From: a virus
Strand: one strand, 5' to 3'
IMG/VR virus record: IMGVR_UViG_3300027965_000212
Coordinates: 2,313 to 66,312 of that record
DNA length: 64,000 bases
Shown here: in pieces, positions 43,094-53,264 of the stretch
Layout: the number at the start of each line of letters is the position of its first letter
Position numbering within the stretch: the stretch's first letter is position 1
The notes under the pieces: model-generated
What the model was told of the DNA's origin: nothing
Database searches by the model: none
The model's input: the letters and a program-made list of their open reading frames with translations, nothing else
Made by a program: the position numbers and the translations under genes

Positions 43094-44811
43094 GCCGCCC
43101 TCGACAAATAGGCTTCCGCGAGCTGGCGGATGCGGCTTTCGTCGGAATAGACCGTGGCGACACCGCGCAGCGGATCAACAATGCCGGCCGATTGGCTCGC
43201 CTTGAGGCCGAGCAGCGAGACCATCAGCGGATCGCTGCCGCCATCGGCGTGGAGATAGATCGCGGTGCATTCCTCCGCCGTCTGGCCCGGCCGATCGACG
43301 CGGCCGATCAACTGCGCATGCACCTGCGGCGACCAATCAAGCTCGCCGATGACCACGGTCGAACAGCGCTGCTGCAGGCCATCGAGGCCGGAGCCTGAGC
43401 GCAGCGAGATGATGAACAAATCAGTCTCGCCGGCGCAGAAGGCGCGCTTGGCCTCATCCTTGTGTTTGGTCGTCTCGCTGCCGGTGTACATGACCGGCTT
43501 GAACTCCGCGAGCTCCTCGAGCCAGATGTCGTAGACCTCGCGATGCCACCCGGCGAGCACGACCGGCGTGCCGGCTTCGAGCAACAATCGCACGAACGCG
43601 GCAACGTGCTTGGCCTTGGCGACGCCGGTGATCTGCCGCAGCAATAGATCAAGCTCGCGCGCCGCCTGCCCGCGTTCGACGAACGTGCCGCGCATGACGG
43701 TGAGCGCCAGCTGGCGCGCGAGCGCCGCCGACTGCGCCTCGACCTTTTCGTCGTAAGGCACTTCGCGCACGATCGTGTTGACCGGGCGCCCTGAGCGCAC
43801 CTCGCGTAGCACTAGATGCTGCTCGCGTAGATAGGTTCCGAGCGCCTCCGGCTCAGTCACCACGCCCTTGACGCCGCACCATTCGCGCAGGAATTCGTTA
43901 TAGCTGCCAAGCGCGCCGGGCTCGATGAACTGCATCACGTCCCAGATTTCGGCGCCTTGATTGTAGATCGGTGTCGCCGAGAGGCCGAGGCGCAGCTCTG
44001 CGTGCTCGCTGAAGACCGCACAGGCCTTGCCCTTCTCGGTCAGGCCGCCGTGGCGCAGCTCCTGGATCTCGTCATAGACTACGCTGCGGAACTTGCCCGT
44101 CGCCGCGACATCGACCCAGCCGTGCACGTTGGAATAGCGGAAGATATACACGTCCGCTTCCGGCAGCGGATAAGGCCTGGTCACCTCGATCACGTGCGGC
44201 CGCAGATGCGTGCGCAGCTTGCAGCGCTGCGCCCATTGGGTCGCGAGATGCGGCTGCACCACGATCGCGGCCGGGAGGCTGTCTGCCGCCGCGATCGTCC
44301 CAAGCGCGCTCTCGGTCTTGCCGAGCCCGACATCGTCCATCAGCAGGAGGCGCCGGCGCAGCCGCGCCACCTCGATCGCGCGCGCCTGGTTAGGATGAGG
44401 CACGAAGCCTTCGCGGAAGCCCATCGTGGCGGTCGGCTGCCAGTCGGCGCCGAGCACGCGCTCAACCGCCGCGCGGTCCCGATCGAACGCTAGGCACCCG
44501 CGCTCGAGCCGCGCCCGGTCGATCGCCGACATCTCCAGCGGATAGCGCTGCATGAACCAGGCGAGATCGGTGCAGGCCTCATCCGTGGCCGGAAACGTGA
44601 AAGCTGCCGTCTCCGTCTTCGGCACGCGCGGGAAGCTGCGCTTGAGGCGGATCGCCACGTGCGGGGCAATACCGGTCATGATCCAGCGCTTCTGCACCGG
44701 ATCGAATGCGAGCTTTCCGTAGGTCGGCGCGGGCGCATCGCGCCAGGCGCGCGCCACGGCCGCGGCGAGCAGGTCGCCGTCACTGTCGCGAAGCGCGAGG
44801 CTATCAACCAT
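43090..44811 (-). CDS. SNF2-family helicase
   Basis: DDVGLGKT, DEIQ, SATPIYN, QLIGRVDRPGQ. Confidence 0.9.
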   Translation of the reverse strand: MVDSLALRDSDGDLLAAAVARAWRDAPAPTYGKLAFDPVQKRWIMTGIAPHVAIRLKRSFPRVPKTETAAFTFPATDEACTDLAWFMQRYPLEMSAIDRARLERGCLAFDRDRAAVERVLGADWQPTATMGFREGFVPHPNQARAIEVARLRRRLLLMDDVGLGKTESALGTIAAADSLPAAIVVQPHLATQWAQRCKLRTHLRPHVIEVTRPYPLPEADVYIFRYSNVHGWVDVAATGKFRSVVYDEIQELRHGGLTEKGKACAVFSEHAELRLGLSATPIYNQGAEIWDVMQFIEPGALGSYNEFLREWCGVKGVVTEPEALGTYLREQHLVLREVRSGRPVNTIVREVPYDEKVEAQSAALARQLALTVMRGTFVERGQAARELDLLLRQITGVAKAKHVAAFVRLLLEAGTPVVLAGWHREVYDIWLEELAEFKPVMYTGSETTKHKDEAKRAFCAGETDLFIISLRSGSGLDGLQQRCSTVVIGELDWSPQVHAQLIGRVDRPGQTAEECTAIYLHADGGSDPLMVSLLGLKASQSAGIVDPLRGVATVYSDESRIRQLAEAYLSRAA

Positions 44812-44973
44812 GGCGAGATCTATTGCTGTTGCTGTGCTGGCATCGCAGCTGCCGAGGTGATGCGACACCGATGAGCGCCACGCGCTGGCCGAAGATCAGG
44901 ATCGGTTGGCGCCATCCTCGCCCGCGCATGTAGCGGCAGAAGTCAGTAAGCCGGACGAGCCAAGGGCGCCCCA

Positions 44974-45336
44974 TCACAGCCACCCCCGCCCCAGATCCGC
45001 GACATAGCAGGGCTTGGCCCCCATCTCCGGCGGCATGCCGACCTTGAAATTTGTGGCGAGCACCAGCGCCCGTACCCGCTCATGGCTGCAATAGCGGGCG
45101 CACTGGCGATAGATGTTGCGCTTGCTGCCCTTGATCTTGATTTCGACTGCGACGCCTTCGACCATGAAATCGACGACGTCGGTCGCCGACAGACGAACCT
45201 CGCGCTCCGCGGCAAAGCACGCCTCAGCCAGCTCGGCAGCAATCGCCGCCTGCAGCGCCTTTTCGTCGCTGAGCGGCCAGCGGCGCGCCTGCAGAAACGC
45301 GACGAGGTTGCGGGCGATCTGATCCGGCGAGATCAT
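44974..45336 (-). CDS. PD-(D/E)xK nuclease-like protein
   Basis: DEK.LQ, VVDF...VEIKI, QCARY. Confidence 0.7.
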   Translation of the reverse strand: MISPDQIARNLVAFLQARRWPLSDEKALQAAIAAELAEACFAAEREVRLSATDVVDFMVEGVAVEIKIKGSKRNIYRQCARYCSHERVRALVLATNFKVGMPPEMGAKPCYVADLGRGWL

Positions 45337-45668
45337 GCGTGCGCGCGCTCCTCGCGCCGCTCCTGCTTCTTCGACATCGCGTCGAGGTGCGCCTGCCCCG
45401 CGGCGGACATATTCCCACTGCCGTCGACCATTCCGAGCGCGTGCATGTAGAGGCCGAGGATCGCCTCATGCTCGGCGAGCTTGTCGGCATCCTGCGCGCG
45501 GCGGCGGACGATTGCGCGCAAAGCCTTGGTGTCGAAGCCGTTCGCCTTCGCCTCGGCGTAGATGTCGCGAATGTCATCCGCGATCGACTTCTTCTCCTCC
45601 TCCATCCGCTCGATGCGCTCGATATAGGCGCGCAGGTGATCGCGCGCGATGCCCATGACGTTGCTCAC
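45333..45668 (-). CDS. GapR/DUF2312-family DNA-binding protein
   Basis: LRAYIERIERMEEEKKSIADDIRDIYAEAKANGFDTK..LYMHALGM. Confidence 0.92.
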   Translation of the reverse strand: MSNVMGIARDHLRAYIERIERMEEEKKSIADDIRDIYAEAKANGFDTKALRAIVRRRAQDADKLAEHEAILGLYMHALGMVDGSGNMSAAGQAHLDAMSKKQERREERAHA

Positions 45669-46009
45669 TGTGATGCCGCCTCCTCTTTGACGATAGGCTC
45701 GTCAGTTTTCCACTTGCCTTTGCCCATATTCCGACCGAACCATTTGGCGAAGTCAGTGCAGTTGATTTGCACCGTGTAGGTCACACCGCCAGAAGCATTG
45801 AACGGGTTGCGAGTGAGGGCGCCGGACTTCACCAATTCGTCCAGTGCCTGCTGCATACGAACGGTCGGGCGAGACCGGACCATCTGGTAGGTCAACTGGC
45901 TTTGACCAGGGATGCCGAGACGACCGAACAAAGCCCCAAGAACGACCTTGGCGTCGTCGCTTAACGACTTCATCAGCAGGTCGCTAGAAATACCGGCAGC
46001 GTTGCTCAT
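45665..46009 (-). CDS. Hypothetical (wHTH-like)
   Basis: Coupled in operon; QALDELVKSGAL. Confidence 0.55.
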   Translation of the reverse strand: MSNAAGISSDLLMKSLSDDAKVVLGALFGRLGIPGQSQLTYQMVRSRPTVRMQQALDELVKSGALTRNPFNASGGVTYTVQINCTDFAKWFGRNMGKGKWKTDEPIVKEEAASQ

Positions 46010-46019
46010 ATTACCTCTC

Positions 46020-48695
46020 TCAGCTCATCGAGGGGGGGGGTGCGGCGGCGTCTTCGACCACGGGACCGCATTGCTCGAGGTCGAACAGCGCCGGCACGGC
46101 GAGCTTTTCCTCCGCCGCGCGGCAGTAGTGGACCGCGTCGAGGAATGTGCCGCCGTTGAGCTCTGAGCCGGCGCCGCGGCGGCCTTTGAGGATTGCCCGA
46201 TACGGCACGGTGCCGAGGCCTGCGAACGGGTCGTAGATCAGATCGCCGGGGTTGCTGTAGCAATCAATCAAACGGTCGACGATGTCCCACTGGAGAGGAC
46301 AGAGGTGTTTCTCGACCTTGCGTGCGGCCTGGTTGGAATTGAGCGTGCGCATGCGCAGCACGTCATGCCAGACGTCCGGATGCCAGCTCCCCGGCGCGAT
46401 GCACATGAACTTGGTCGGCAGGCGGTCCATCCGCTCGAGCGTCTCGCCGACCTTGACGTGCAGTTCGTAGTCGTAGATGCGCTTGAGCGAATCCTCGGTG
46501 AACACCTTGGCGAGCTGCTGCGGCCCGTAGGCGGCGAGCTCTTCCGCTGTCAGCAGGCGGTTGCCGCTCGATCGCCAATAGCCATGCGCGTCGACCTGCC
46601 AGCGCGCCCGCGTGTAGATTTCCTTGTCCTTGGTGACCGGCTCATCCGCGTAGCCGCGACTGCGATCCGACTGCGGCTTGCGGAGCAGAAGGATATATTC
46701 CGGCATGCCGCAGCCCATCTTGGTCGAATCCTTGGCGTTCTCCGACCAGCCGAGCCGATAGGTCTGCGCGTTCTCGCGCACCACATCGGTGATGACCGTC
46801 ACCATCCCCATGTAGTCGAAGCCGTGCGCGCGGTAGTGCATGATGGCTTCGGCGTGAAAGGGCAGCACGGTCGGCGCGCCCTTGCCGGTGACGGCGCCGA
46901 ACAGGATCCGGTCCTTGACGTGGATCGACATGCGCCGGCCAGGCTTGAGCATCCGGAAGAGCTTCGGCGTCAGAAAATCCATCTGCGCCCAGAAACCGGA
47001 GGTATCGGCCGGCGCATCGCCGTTGTGCCCAAAATCGTTGAAGGACTCCGCGTACTCGTACTGCGTTCCGAACGGGATCGACGACACGATCGCATCGACC
47101 GAGTTTTCGGCCCAACGCGAGGCCTCATCGACCGCATCGTTGTTGGCGATGACAAAGCGCTCGCCGCGCACCTCGACGCGCTTGAGGCCAATCGATCGGC
47201 GCAGAACCTCCGCAGTCGGCAGCTTGTCGAGGCCGAAGCGCTTGATGATCGCGCTCATGCGCTCGCGCAACTCGGTGTCGCGCTGCCACTTCTCGAGCAG
47301 GATCGCCCGCACTTCGCGCTCGGCTTCGGAATAAATGATATGCACATCGACCGGGTGCTGCTGGCCGAAGCGCTGGAGGCGATAGGTCGCTTGGATGAAA
47401 TCGTTGAACTTGAAGCCGACCCCGACAAAGATCGCGGTGTGGCAGTGATATTGAAAGTTCGACCCGGAGCCGGACAGGATCGGCTTGGTAGCAAAGTTCT
47501 TCACCTCGCCGCGCTCGAAGGCAACGAGGCTCTTTTCGCGCTCATCCGGATGCTCGCTGCCAGAGATCGCGACGACGTTGGGCACCGCGGCCTCGATCGC
47601 CTCGCGCTCAGCCTCGAGGTCATGCCAGAGCAGGTGATGCCGTCCGGGATCCTCCGCCATGATGGCGCACATCTTGGCGACCCGCGCCGGGATGCTCTCT
47701 CGCTTGGCGGCCGCGGCCTGGCTCACGCCGAGCGCGGCTGAGCGGAACAGCACAGTCTGACCGTCCCGTTCGACGTCGGCCTTACTGTGATCCGCCGGCA
47801 CCTCGTGCCAGTGCACGCGGATCGGCGGCAGGTCATAGCCCTCATCTGAATAACCGAGATCGCTCGGCTTCTGCACGAACGCGGCCCAGGAGTGCACCCA
47901 GAGCCAGAACTCCTCCTCTTTGTGCGGATAGAGCGTGAGATCGCCTGCCTGCTCGCTGTTGCGTTGGAACCAGCGGGTCAAGGCCTGCCCGGTATCCATG
48001 ATGCCGAGGAAGCCGGCGTAGTGGATCAGCTCCTTGTAGCGATTGGGCGAAGGCGTTGCGGTGCAGACCAGCTTGAACGGAATATGCTCGAAGAGCGGCA
48101 GGAACTCCTGGAAGGTCTTGCTGCCGTAGCTGCGCAGCACACTCGCCTCATCGAGCGATGACGCCGCGAACGAGCGCAGGTTGAGCTTCCCGTCGCGCAC
48201 GGGCTCATAGTTGGTGCAATAGTGCTCGCAGCCAGCCACCATCTCGCTTTCGTGCTGGATGAAGCGGAGATCGATGCCTAGCGCCGCTGCGTCGCTCATG
48301 AAACCGTGCCGCACGCCGTACGGCATGACGATCAGGGTCGGGCCGCCGTCGCTATGGCGCGCGATCTGTCGCGTCCATTCGAGCTGCATTGAGGTCTTGT
48401 GCAGTCCGAAGGCCGCGAAGATCGCGCGGTTGCCGCCACGCAAGGCCCAGGTGACAAGGTCGCGGCAGTGCGGCTTGAGCCAGGGATGCAGCTCGCGCGG
48501 GTCGACATCAAAGCCGGACGCCTCAGCGACCCGCATCTTGGATTCAAGGAATTCGGTATAGTCGGGCCATTCAACGGTGATTTCCTCATCCTCGAAATTG
48601 GCAGCTAAGCCATTGATGGGATTGGCCGGAGGGTTGATTTCCTCCGGAGCGGGTGCGCCAATTGGCGCAGGCTCAAGCTGCGCAAGCGCGGTCAT
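46020..48695 (-). CDS. SF2/SNF2 helicase-like plus N4/N6 DNA methyltransferase fusion
   Basis: FGLHKT, DEAS, TATPSPN, RFGQ; then SIPF, HLCPLQ, DPFAGLGT (beta-class order). Confidence 0.9.
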   Translation of the reverse strand: MTALAQLEPAPIGAPAPEEINPPANPINGLAANFEDEEITVEWPDYTEFLESKMRVAEASGFDVDPRELHPWLKPHCRDLVTWALRGGNRAIFAAFGLHKTSMQLEWTRQIARHSDGGPTLIVMPYGVRHGFMSDAAALGIDLRFIQHESEMVAGCEHYCTNYEPVRDGKLNLRSFAASSLDEASVLRSYGSKTFQEFLPLFEHIPFKLVCTATPSPNRYKELIHYAGFLGIMDTGQALTRWFQRNSEQAGDLTLYPHKEEEFWLWVHSWAAFVQKPSDLGYSDEGYDLPPIRVHWHEVPADHSKADVERDGQTVLFRSAALGVSQAAAAKRESIPARVAKMCAIMAEDPGRHHLLWHDLEAEREAIEAAVPNVVAISGSEHPDEREKSLVAFERGEVKNFATKPILSGSGSNFQYHCHTAIFVGVGFKFNDFIQATYRLQRFGQQHPVDVHIIYSEAEREVRAILLEKWQRDTELRERMSAIIKRFGLDKLPTAEVLRRSIGLKRVEVRGERFVIANNDAVDEASRWAENSVDAIVSSIPFGTQYEYAESFNDFGHNGDAPADTSGFWAQMDFLTPKLFRMLKPGRRMSIHVKDRILFGAVTGKGAPTVLPFHAEAIMHYRAHGFDYMGMVTVITDVVRENAQTYRLGWSENAKDSTKMGCGMPEYILLLRKPQSDRSRGYADEPVTKDKEIYTRARWQVDAHGYWRSSGNRLLTAEELAAYGPQQLAKVFTEDSLKRIYDYELHVKVGETLERMDRLPTKFMCIAPGSWHPDVWHDVLRMRTLNSNQAARKVEKHLCPLQWDIVDRLIDCYSNPGDLIYDPFAGLGTVPYRAILKGRRGAGSELNGGTFLDAVHYCRAAEEKLAVPALFDLEQCGPVVEDAAAPPPSMS
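48654..48669. repeat. 16-bp palindrome copy 5 (5' end of helicase-methylase gene)
   Basis: TGCGCCAATTGGCGCA encoding APIGA. Confidence 0.95.
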
Positions 48696-48997
48696 TCGAG
48701 GATGCCTTTCTCCGCCGCGATCGGCCGCGGCAAAGTCACCCGCACGAGCCGGCTGCCGTTCACGCCAATCCCGGTTTTCTCGTACTCAATCAGCGATCGA
48801 GGGAGCCATACCCACTCTTTGAATGGAGTGTCGCCGCGAAGCGAGACAGCAATCGCTTTCTTGCTCGGATTGTCGTTGTGCAAGATCAGGTCGAGGTCGA
48901 CGAGATTGGAGCGCGCCTCTTGCGTCGGCGACGCCATCTCGTTGTCGCCGAACCGGCCGCGATCGGGAGCTTGGAATTTTTCGAAGGCATCCTTCAT
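48692..48997 (-). CDS. Hypothetical phage protein
   Basis: WLPRSLIE..VTLP..A.EKG; coupled. Confidence 0.6.
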   Translation of the reverse strand: MKDAFEKFQAPDRGRFGDNEMASPTQEARSNLVDLDLILHNDNPSKKAIAVSLRGDTPFKEWVWLPRSLIEYEKTGIGVNGSRLVRVTLPRPIAAEKGILE

Positions 48998-49383
48998 TTC
49001 GCTGCACCTCCGCACAAAACCAGCTCGGTGCCGGCGAGCCTGACGCGAGGCAGCCTCTTCCAGACTTCCGGGAATGCCGTCATCGAATTGCGAAACAGGC
49101 GCTCCGGATCGCAAGCTCCAGGCGAGAAAAATGTGCTGTTAGACCCCGGTCGATCGTCGACCGTGCGATCCCAAAACGAGATCGCCGAGTAACCCAACCC
49201 ATCGAGCCGCGCGAAGCAGGCCTGGAGCTCGTTCGGGGTGTATTGCTCAGGATGCGGAGCCAGCAGCCCATCGAAATGAGCCATCTGGCGGGTGAGTTCG
49301 TAGGCCGCGTGACGCATTCCGCGCTCAAACAGGAAGTGCCCGCTTTCGCCGTGGCAACCGAAGTACAGCCAGGTCCGGCTCAT
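48994..49383 (-). CDS. Hypothetical phage protein
   Basis: YFGC..GH; FWDRTVDDRPGSNSTF; coupled. Confidence 0.6.
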   Translation of the reverse strand: MSRTWLYFGCHGESGHFLFERGMRHAAYELTRQMAHFDGLLAPHPEQYTPNELQACFARLDGLGYSAISFWDRTVDDRPGSNSTFFSPGACDPERLFRNSMTAFPEVWKRLPRVRLAGTELVLCGGAAK

Positions 49384-51113
49384 CTGCTCCCCCACGCATA
49401 AGCTTTGGCCGCATGGAGCATCGGCGCCGGCTCGCGGGCGAGCTCCGGCACGTTGGCGCGCACAAGTGCAGTCGCAAACGGCGGCGGCACCGAGTTGCCG
49501 ACCATCCTGACCTGCACTGTTTTCGAGAAGCGGCGACCGTCGTGACCGCGATCGATGATGTAGTCATCGCGGAAGGAATGCGCGCGGTAGAGCTCCCGCG
49601 GCGTCAGCATCCGCATGCCGATGTCGACGATCTGATAGAGCGCACCCCTGACCAGCACCAGACCGAAGCGGTCGCGCGTCGTCACCGTATCGATCGGCTC
49701 GCGCAGGTCGGGATCCTGGTCGGTTCCGTAATATTTCAACAAAAAGGCGCGGACCTCGGCGAGATGCCATCCCGCGGCGGTGACGGTCGGCAGCGGGGCA
49801 CTAACCGGCGCGTCGCGCCGATCCGATCCCTTGAGGTTCACCAGGTGCGTGGCGCAGAGCGCCTGCGTGCAGCCTTTGGTGACGATCGTCGAGACCGGCT
49901 CGAGTGGCGAATGCCCGGGCTCCTGATAATTGTGCTGCGCCAAGAAGGCGGCAACCATCGCATGACGCGGTGCGCCGGCCATCACGGTATGCAGCGGATC
50001 GTCAGCCGGCGCCCCGCAACCATTCTCTTGGAATTTTGCCAGATGAACGGCCGCCAGGCTGCCCTGATTCGCGGTCGTGACGATCGTCGGCATCGGCTCA
50101 TCAGCCGCATGCGTGCGCGGATCCTGCCCGGGCCGTTCGCCGTAGCGCGGGACCAGAAACGGTGTCACCAGCGCATGCTCGCCGCGGTGCGCGGTCGTCA
50201 CCGTACGCAGCGGCTCACTGACGGCCTGGCCGCGCTCAGGATCGGTTCCGTGCGTGATCGGTACTATGAACGGCTCAGCCGCATTGATCACATAGCGCCA
50301 CACGCCCTTGGCGATGCGGGCCATCGTGGCGTCGGCGAGCGGTCGACGGACGCCGAGTGCGCGGGCCTCTTCTGGCGACAGGAAGATCGACGGGCACGGC
50401 AGCGACCAGTCGATGCAATCCGCGGCCGTGCCCCAGGGCTTCAATCCGCCGCTGATGACCGCGGGAGACTTCGGATCGTCATGGGTCGGCTCTGGCCAGA
50501 CGATCGACTTTCCATCACGCCGGCCGATCACGAAAAGGCGCTTGCGGGTCGTGCGCGCGCCGAATTTGCAGGCGCGCAGCTCGCGCCATTCGATCCGGTA
50601 GCCGTCACGCCGGCCGGCTTCGATCCAGCGCCCGAAATCCTCGCCCTCGCGTTTCTTGCAGGGGACGAGCAGCGGCGAGCCGTGGACGTCGAGGATCGGC
50701 TTTCGGTCCGGGCCGAGCTTGCGGACCAACGGGCCCCACTTCGCGAGCTCCTCGACATTCTCGACGACGAAGACGCGCGGGCGCTTTTTCTTGATCCAGC
50801 GCATGACGACCCAAGGCAGGTCCCGGCGATGGCGCTTGACCGGCTTGCCGCCCTTGGCTTTGCTGTGATGCGTGCAATCCGGACTGGCCCAGAGCAGTCC
50901 GATCGGCGCGTCGCCGATCACCCGCATCGGGCTGACCTGCATCAGGTTCGCGCGCAGGTGTCGCGTTTCCGGATGGTTGGCCTGGTGCATCGACAGCGCG
51001 TCTTCATCGTGGTTGATCGCGATGTCGGGCGAACGGTTGAGCGCAATGCGAATGCCTTCGCTCGCGCCGCCCCCGCCGGCGAACAGGTCGACGATGAGCT
51101 CTTCCGCGCTCAT
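49380..51113 (-). CDS. C5 cytosine DNA methyltransferase
   Basis: DLFAGGGG, SPDC, ENV, RKR, RMLTPREL, GNSV. Confidence 0.95.
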   Translation of the reverse strand: MSAEELIVDLFAGGGGASEGIRIALNRSPDIAINHDEDALSMHQANHPETRHLRANLMQVSPMRVIGDAPIGLLWASPDCTHHSKAKGGKPVKRHRRDLPWVVMRWIKKKRPRVFVVENVEELAKWGPLVRKLGPDRKPILDVHGSPLLVPCKKREGEDFGRWIEAGRRDGYRIEWRELRACKFGARTTRKRLFVIGRRDGKSIVWPEPTHDDPKSPAVISGGLKPWGTAADCIDWSLPCPSIFLSPEEARALGVRRPLADATMARIAKGVWRYVINAAEPFIVPITHGTDPERGQAVSEPLRTVTTAHRGEHALVTPFLVPRYGERPGQDPRTHAADEPMPTIVTTANQGSLAAVHLAKFQENGCGAPADDPLHTVMAGAPRHAMVAAFLAQHNYQEPGHSPLEPVSTIVTKGCTQALCATHLVNLKGSDRRDAPVSAPLPTVTAAGWHLAEVRAFLLKYYGTDQDPDLREPIDTVTTRDRFGLVLVRGALYQIVDIGMRMLTPRELYRAHSFRDDYIIDRGHDGRRFSKTVQVRMVGNSVPPPFATALVRANVPELAREPAPMLHAAKAYAWGSR

Positions 51114-51349
51114 GCGGCTCTCCGCGGCTGCAGGTCCGCAGCTTCTATCCATTGATCGACTTTGCCGGCGATCTGGCGGCGCGCTTCGTCGACCGAGCAT
51201 GCGCGCGCCATCGACCCGCAAAACGGCAGGCGAAGCGACCAATAGAACTTTCCACCGACCGGATAAGGAATGATGTCAGCGACGATGATGGCGCCGAGCA
51301 GCGCAACCTCGCGCCCCTCCCCTCGAGACTCGAAGCGGACCACGCTCAT
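51110..51349 (-). CDS. Hypothetical
   Basis: Coupled ORF in early operon. Confidence 0.5.
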   Translation of the reverse strand: MSVVRFESRGEGREVALLGAIIVADIIPYPVGGKFYWSLRLPFCGSMARACSVDEARRQIAGKVDQWIEAADLQPRRAA

Positions 51350-51576
51350 AGCGGCGGCCCCTTTTCGACAGCCGCGGCGCCGGCGCGATTGAAGTCATAG
51401 AGCGCGCAGCGCTGCGCCTTGGTCGAGGTTATGATCAGATGATGATCGCTTTCCTTGAGCTCGATCTGCATGCCGAAGGATCGGCAGATGCGGCCGAGCG
51501 CGACCAGCAATTCAGTCTTGCTGGCGCCTGCGTCCCCGCGCGCCTTCAACTTGAATATCTTGACGTCCTTGGCCAT
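51346..51576 (-). CDS. Hypothetical
   Basis: Coupled ORF in early operon. Confidence 0.5.
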   Translation of the reverse strand: MAKDVKIFKLKARGDAGASKTELLVALGRICRSFGMQIELKESDHHLIITSTKAQRCALYDFNRAGAAAVEKGPPL

Positions 51577-51588
51577 GGCCCAATGTTC

Positions 51589-51954
51589 TCAGAGGCGCTC
51601 CGGAAATCCGTATCGCTCGGAGGTCGCGTTGAACTTGGCGATGACGGCCTCGGGCAGATCGATTCCCAGCCTGCAGGCCAACAGGTTCAAATAAAGGAAT
51701 GTATCGGCGATCTCTTCGGCGATCTTTGAGATCGCCTCCTCGCGGGTCGACAATTGCAGGTCGGCATCGCTAATATTTGCGATATCGTCTTCGATCCGAA
51801 ACAGCTTCTTGAGGGCATTGCAGACCTCGCCGGCTTCGCCCTGCATTGCGCAAGCCCATCGCTCAGGCGTCCAATCATTAATGCCGTTCTTATGCCAGCG
51901 ATTACAACGGGAGAGGTTCTGCTCGGTTACCTTCGCCAAGGAGAGATCGGTCAT
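51589..51954 (-). CDS. MazG-like nucleotide pyrophosphohydrolase
   Basis: GEAGEVCN..KK, EEIADTFLYL, KFN. Confidence 0.85.
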   Translation of the reverse strand: MTDLSLAKVTEQNLSRCNRWHKNGINDWTPERWACAMQGEAGEVCNALKKLFRIEDDIANISDADLQLSTREEAISKIAEEIADTFLYLNLLACRLGIDLPEAVIAKFNATSERYGFPERL

Positions 51955-52123
51955 GGACGCCCCTCTTCATCTTTTGAATTTGTCGCAGCCGTGTTGCGCG
52001 CGGCCTCAGCCAGCATGGCCCGCAGCTCGGCCTTGGATGGCTCGCCGGAAAGCCGGTTCCAGATGGTCGCGCCGAGGGCCCGATCGCGCGATTGCCGCGA
52101 AATCTTCGATATGCGATGGTCGA

Positions 52124-52636
52124 TCATGGCGCGCTCCGCTTATTGCGGGCGCGGTCGAAGCGCTCGATTTCGGCGAGGATCAGGGCCGCACCGCGGACGA
52201 GATCGCGGCGGATATTGTGCGGCTTCCACCAATCAGGAGCCCAAGGCCAGACCAGCTCCGCCGTCTTGGCGCGGACGCCGTTCCCGTAGATCGCGTAAGC
52301 CGCGCCAGCGCGGGCGAGATCGCCAGGCGCATGAGCGTCGTCGTGTTCCGCGGTCCAGCCCTCGGCATCGATCTGACGGCGCCGCTCGGCCAATACAGCG
52401 AGCGCGGCGGCCGACATCGGCACGCGAATGTGCAGGGCTTCGAAGACGCGGCGCAGGATGAATTGCCGCGCGATTGACACGAAGGTCATTACAACTGCGA
52501 ACGCAACATTCTGTGAAAACGAAACCGCGACGCCGAGCATCGGCAGCACGGTCGCCTGGGCGAGCAGAGAAATGCCGAAGCCGGCCGCGGTCGATAGGCT
52601 CGTTTCAAGCAGTGACATCGCGCGCGGCTGTTTCAT
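52124..52636 (-). CDS. Two-domain hypothetical (TM N-terminus plus AERRRQ..EGW domain)
   Basis: MKQ..MSLLE..RRVFE; ERRRQIDAEGWTAEHDD..WPW..WKP..LILAEIER. Confidence 0.7.
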   Translation of the reverse strand: MKQPRAMSLLETSLSTAAGFGISLLAQATVLPMLGVAVSFSQNVAFAVVMTFVSIARQFILRRVFEALHIRVPMSAAALAVLAERRRQIDAEGWTAEHDDAHAPGDLARAGAAYAIYGNGVRAKTAELVWPWAPDWWKPHNIRRDLVRGAALILAEIERFDRARNKRSAP

Positions 52637-53076
52637 GGCGCATCCCACACCAATTGATCGGGAACTTCGAAGAGGCCCTGGCGTCCGCGATACGGAATCG
52701 GCGTCGCGAACCTGCGGAAGGCGCCGCGCTGGAAGGCAAAGCGGCCGGGCGTGAAGTCTCCGCAAATGAAGTCGTCGCTCGGATCCTGCTCGCCGACCAT
52801 CTGCGTGCCGGGCGGGAAAACCTGCTCGGTTGGCTTGCAGTCGATGATCTCGACAATGCCGATCAGCGCGCCGGTCGGCAGCTCAAGGCCCCAGTGCGAT
52901 CCGAAGTCGCTATCGAGGATTGTCTCGAGCGCAGGATCGACATCGCGCACGAACTTCTTTGCTGCATGCACAACAAGCTTGCCGCGATGGCGCAATGGCC
53001 AATGTCGCGTTTCGTGAATCTTTGCCGGCGAGCACCAGAGGCTTGCCCACGGCTGCCAGAGCGAGAGCGCTTTCAT
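52633..53076 (-). CDS. ASCH-domain protein
   Basis: MKALSLWQPWASL..K.HETR.W..RG..HAA, GRQGLF. Confidence 0.9.
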   Translation of the reverse strand: MKALSLWQPWASLWCSPAKIHETRHWPLRHRGKLVVHAAKKFVRDVDPALETILDSDFGSHWGLELPTGALIGIVEIIDCKPTEQVFPPGTQMVGEQDPSDDFICGDFTPGRFAFQRGAFRRFATPIPYRGRQGLFEVPDQLVWDAP

Positions 53077-53264
53077 CGCTTGCGCTCCTTCGGTCGCAGC
53101 ACTTCGGAAATGATCGCCTCAGCCGCCTCTTCCCGGGTGAGGTTCCAATCCTTGGCGCGCTGATTGAGCCGTTGCAGCGTTTTCGGTGTCAGGCGAACAA
53201 ACACAGTCCCGCGCGAGACTTCCGGGCGCCGCACGACGGGGAGGATGATGACGGTTGCGCTCAT
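53073..53264 (-). CDS. Ribbon-helix-helix-like protein
   Basis: VFVRLTPKTLQRL..A......A..II. Confidence 0.55.
   Translation of the reverse strand: MSATVIILPVVRRPEVSRGTVFVRLTPKTLQRLNQRAKDWNLTREEAAEAIISEVLRPKERKR

Noticed and set aside
4650-51155. Many long opposite-strand ORFs (e.g. 4650-6149, 24790-26595, 37531-39312, 49413-51155)
   Set aside because: Shadow ORFs of high-GC genes; Arg/Ala-rich with no motifs, and the other strand has clear phage genes
43090-53264. Several early proteins ending in -AA as ClpXP degrons
   Set aside because: Explained by SD plus ATGA coupling sequences such as GAGGGCGGCATGA; only the ANDN-containing tails were kept
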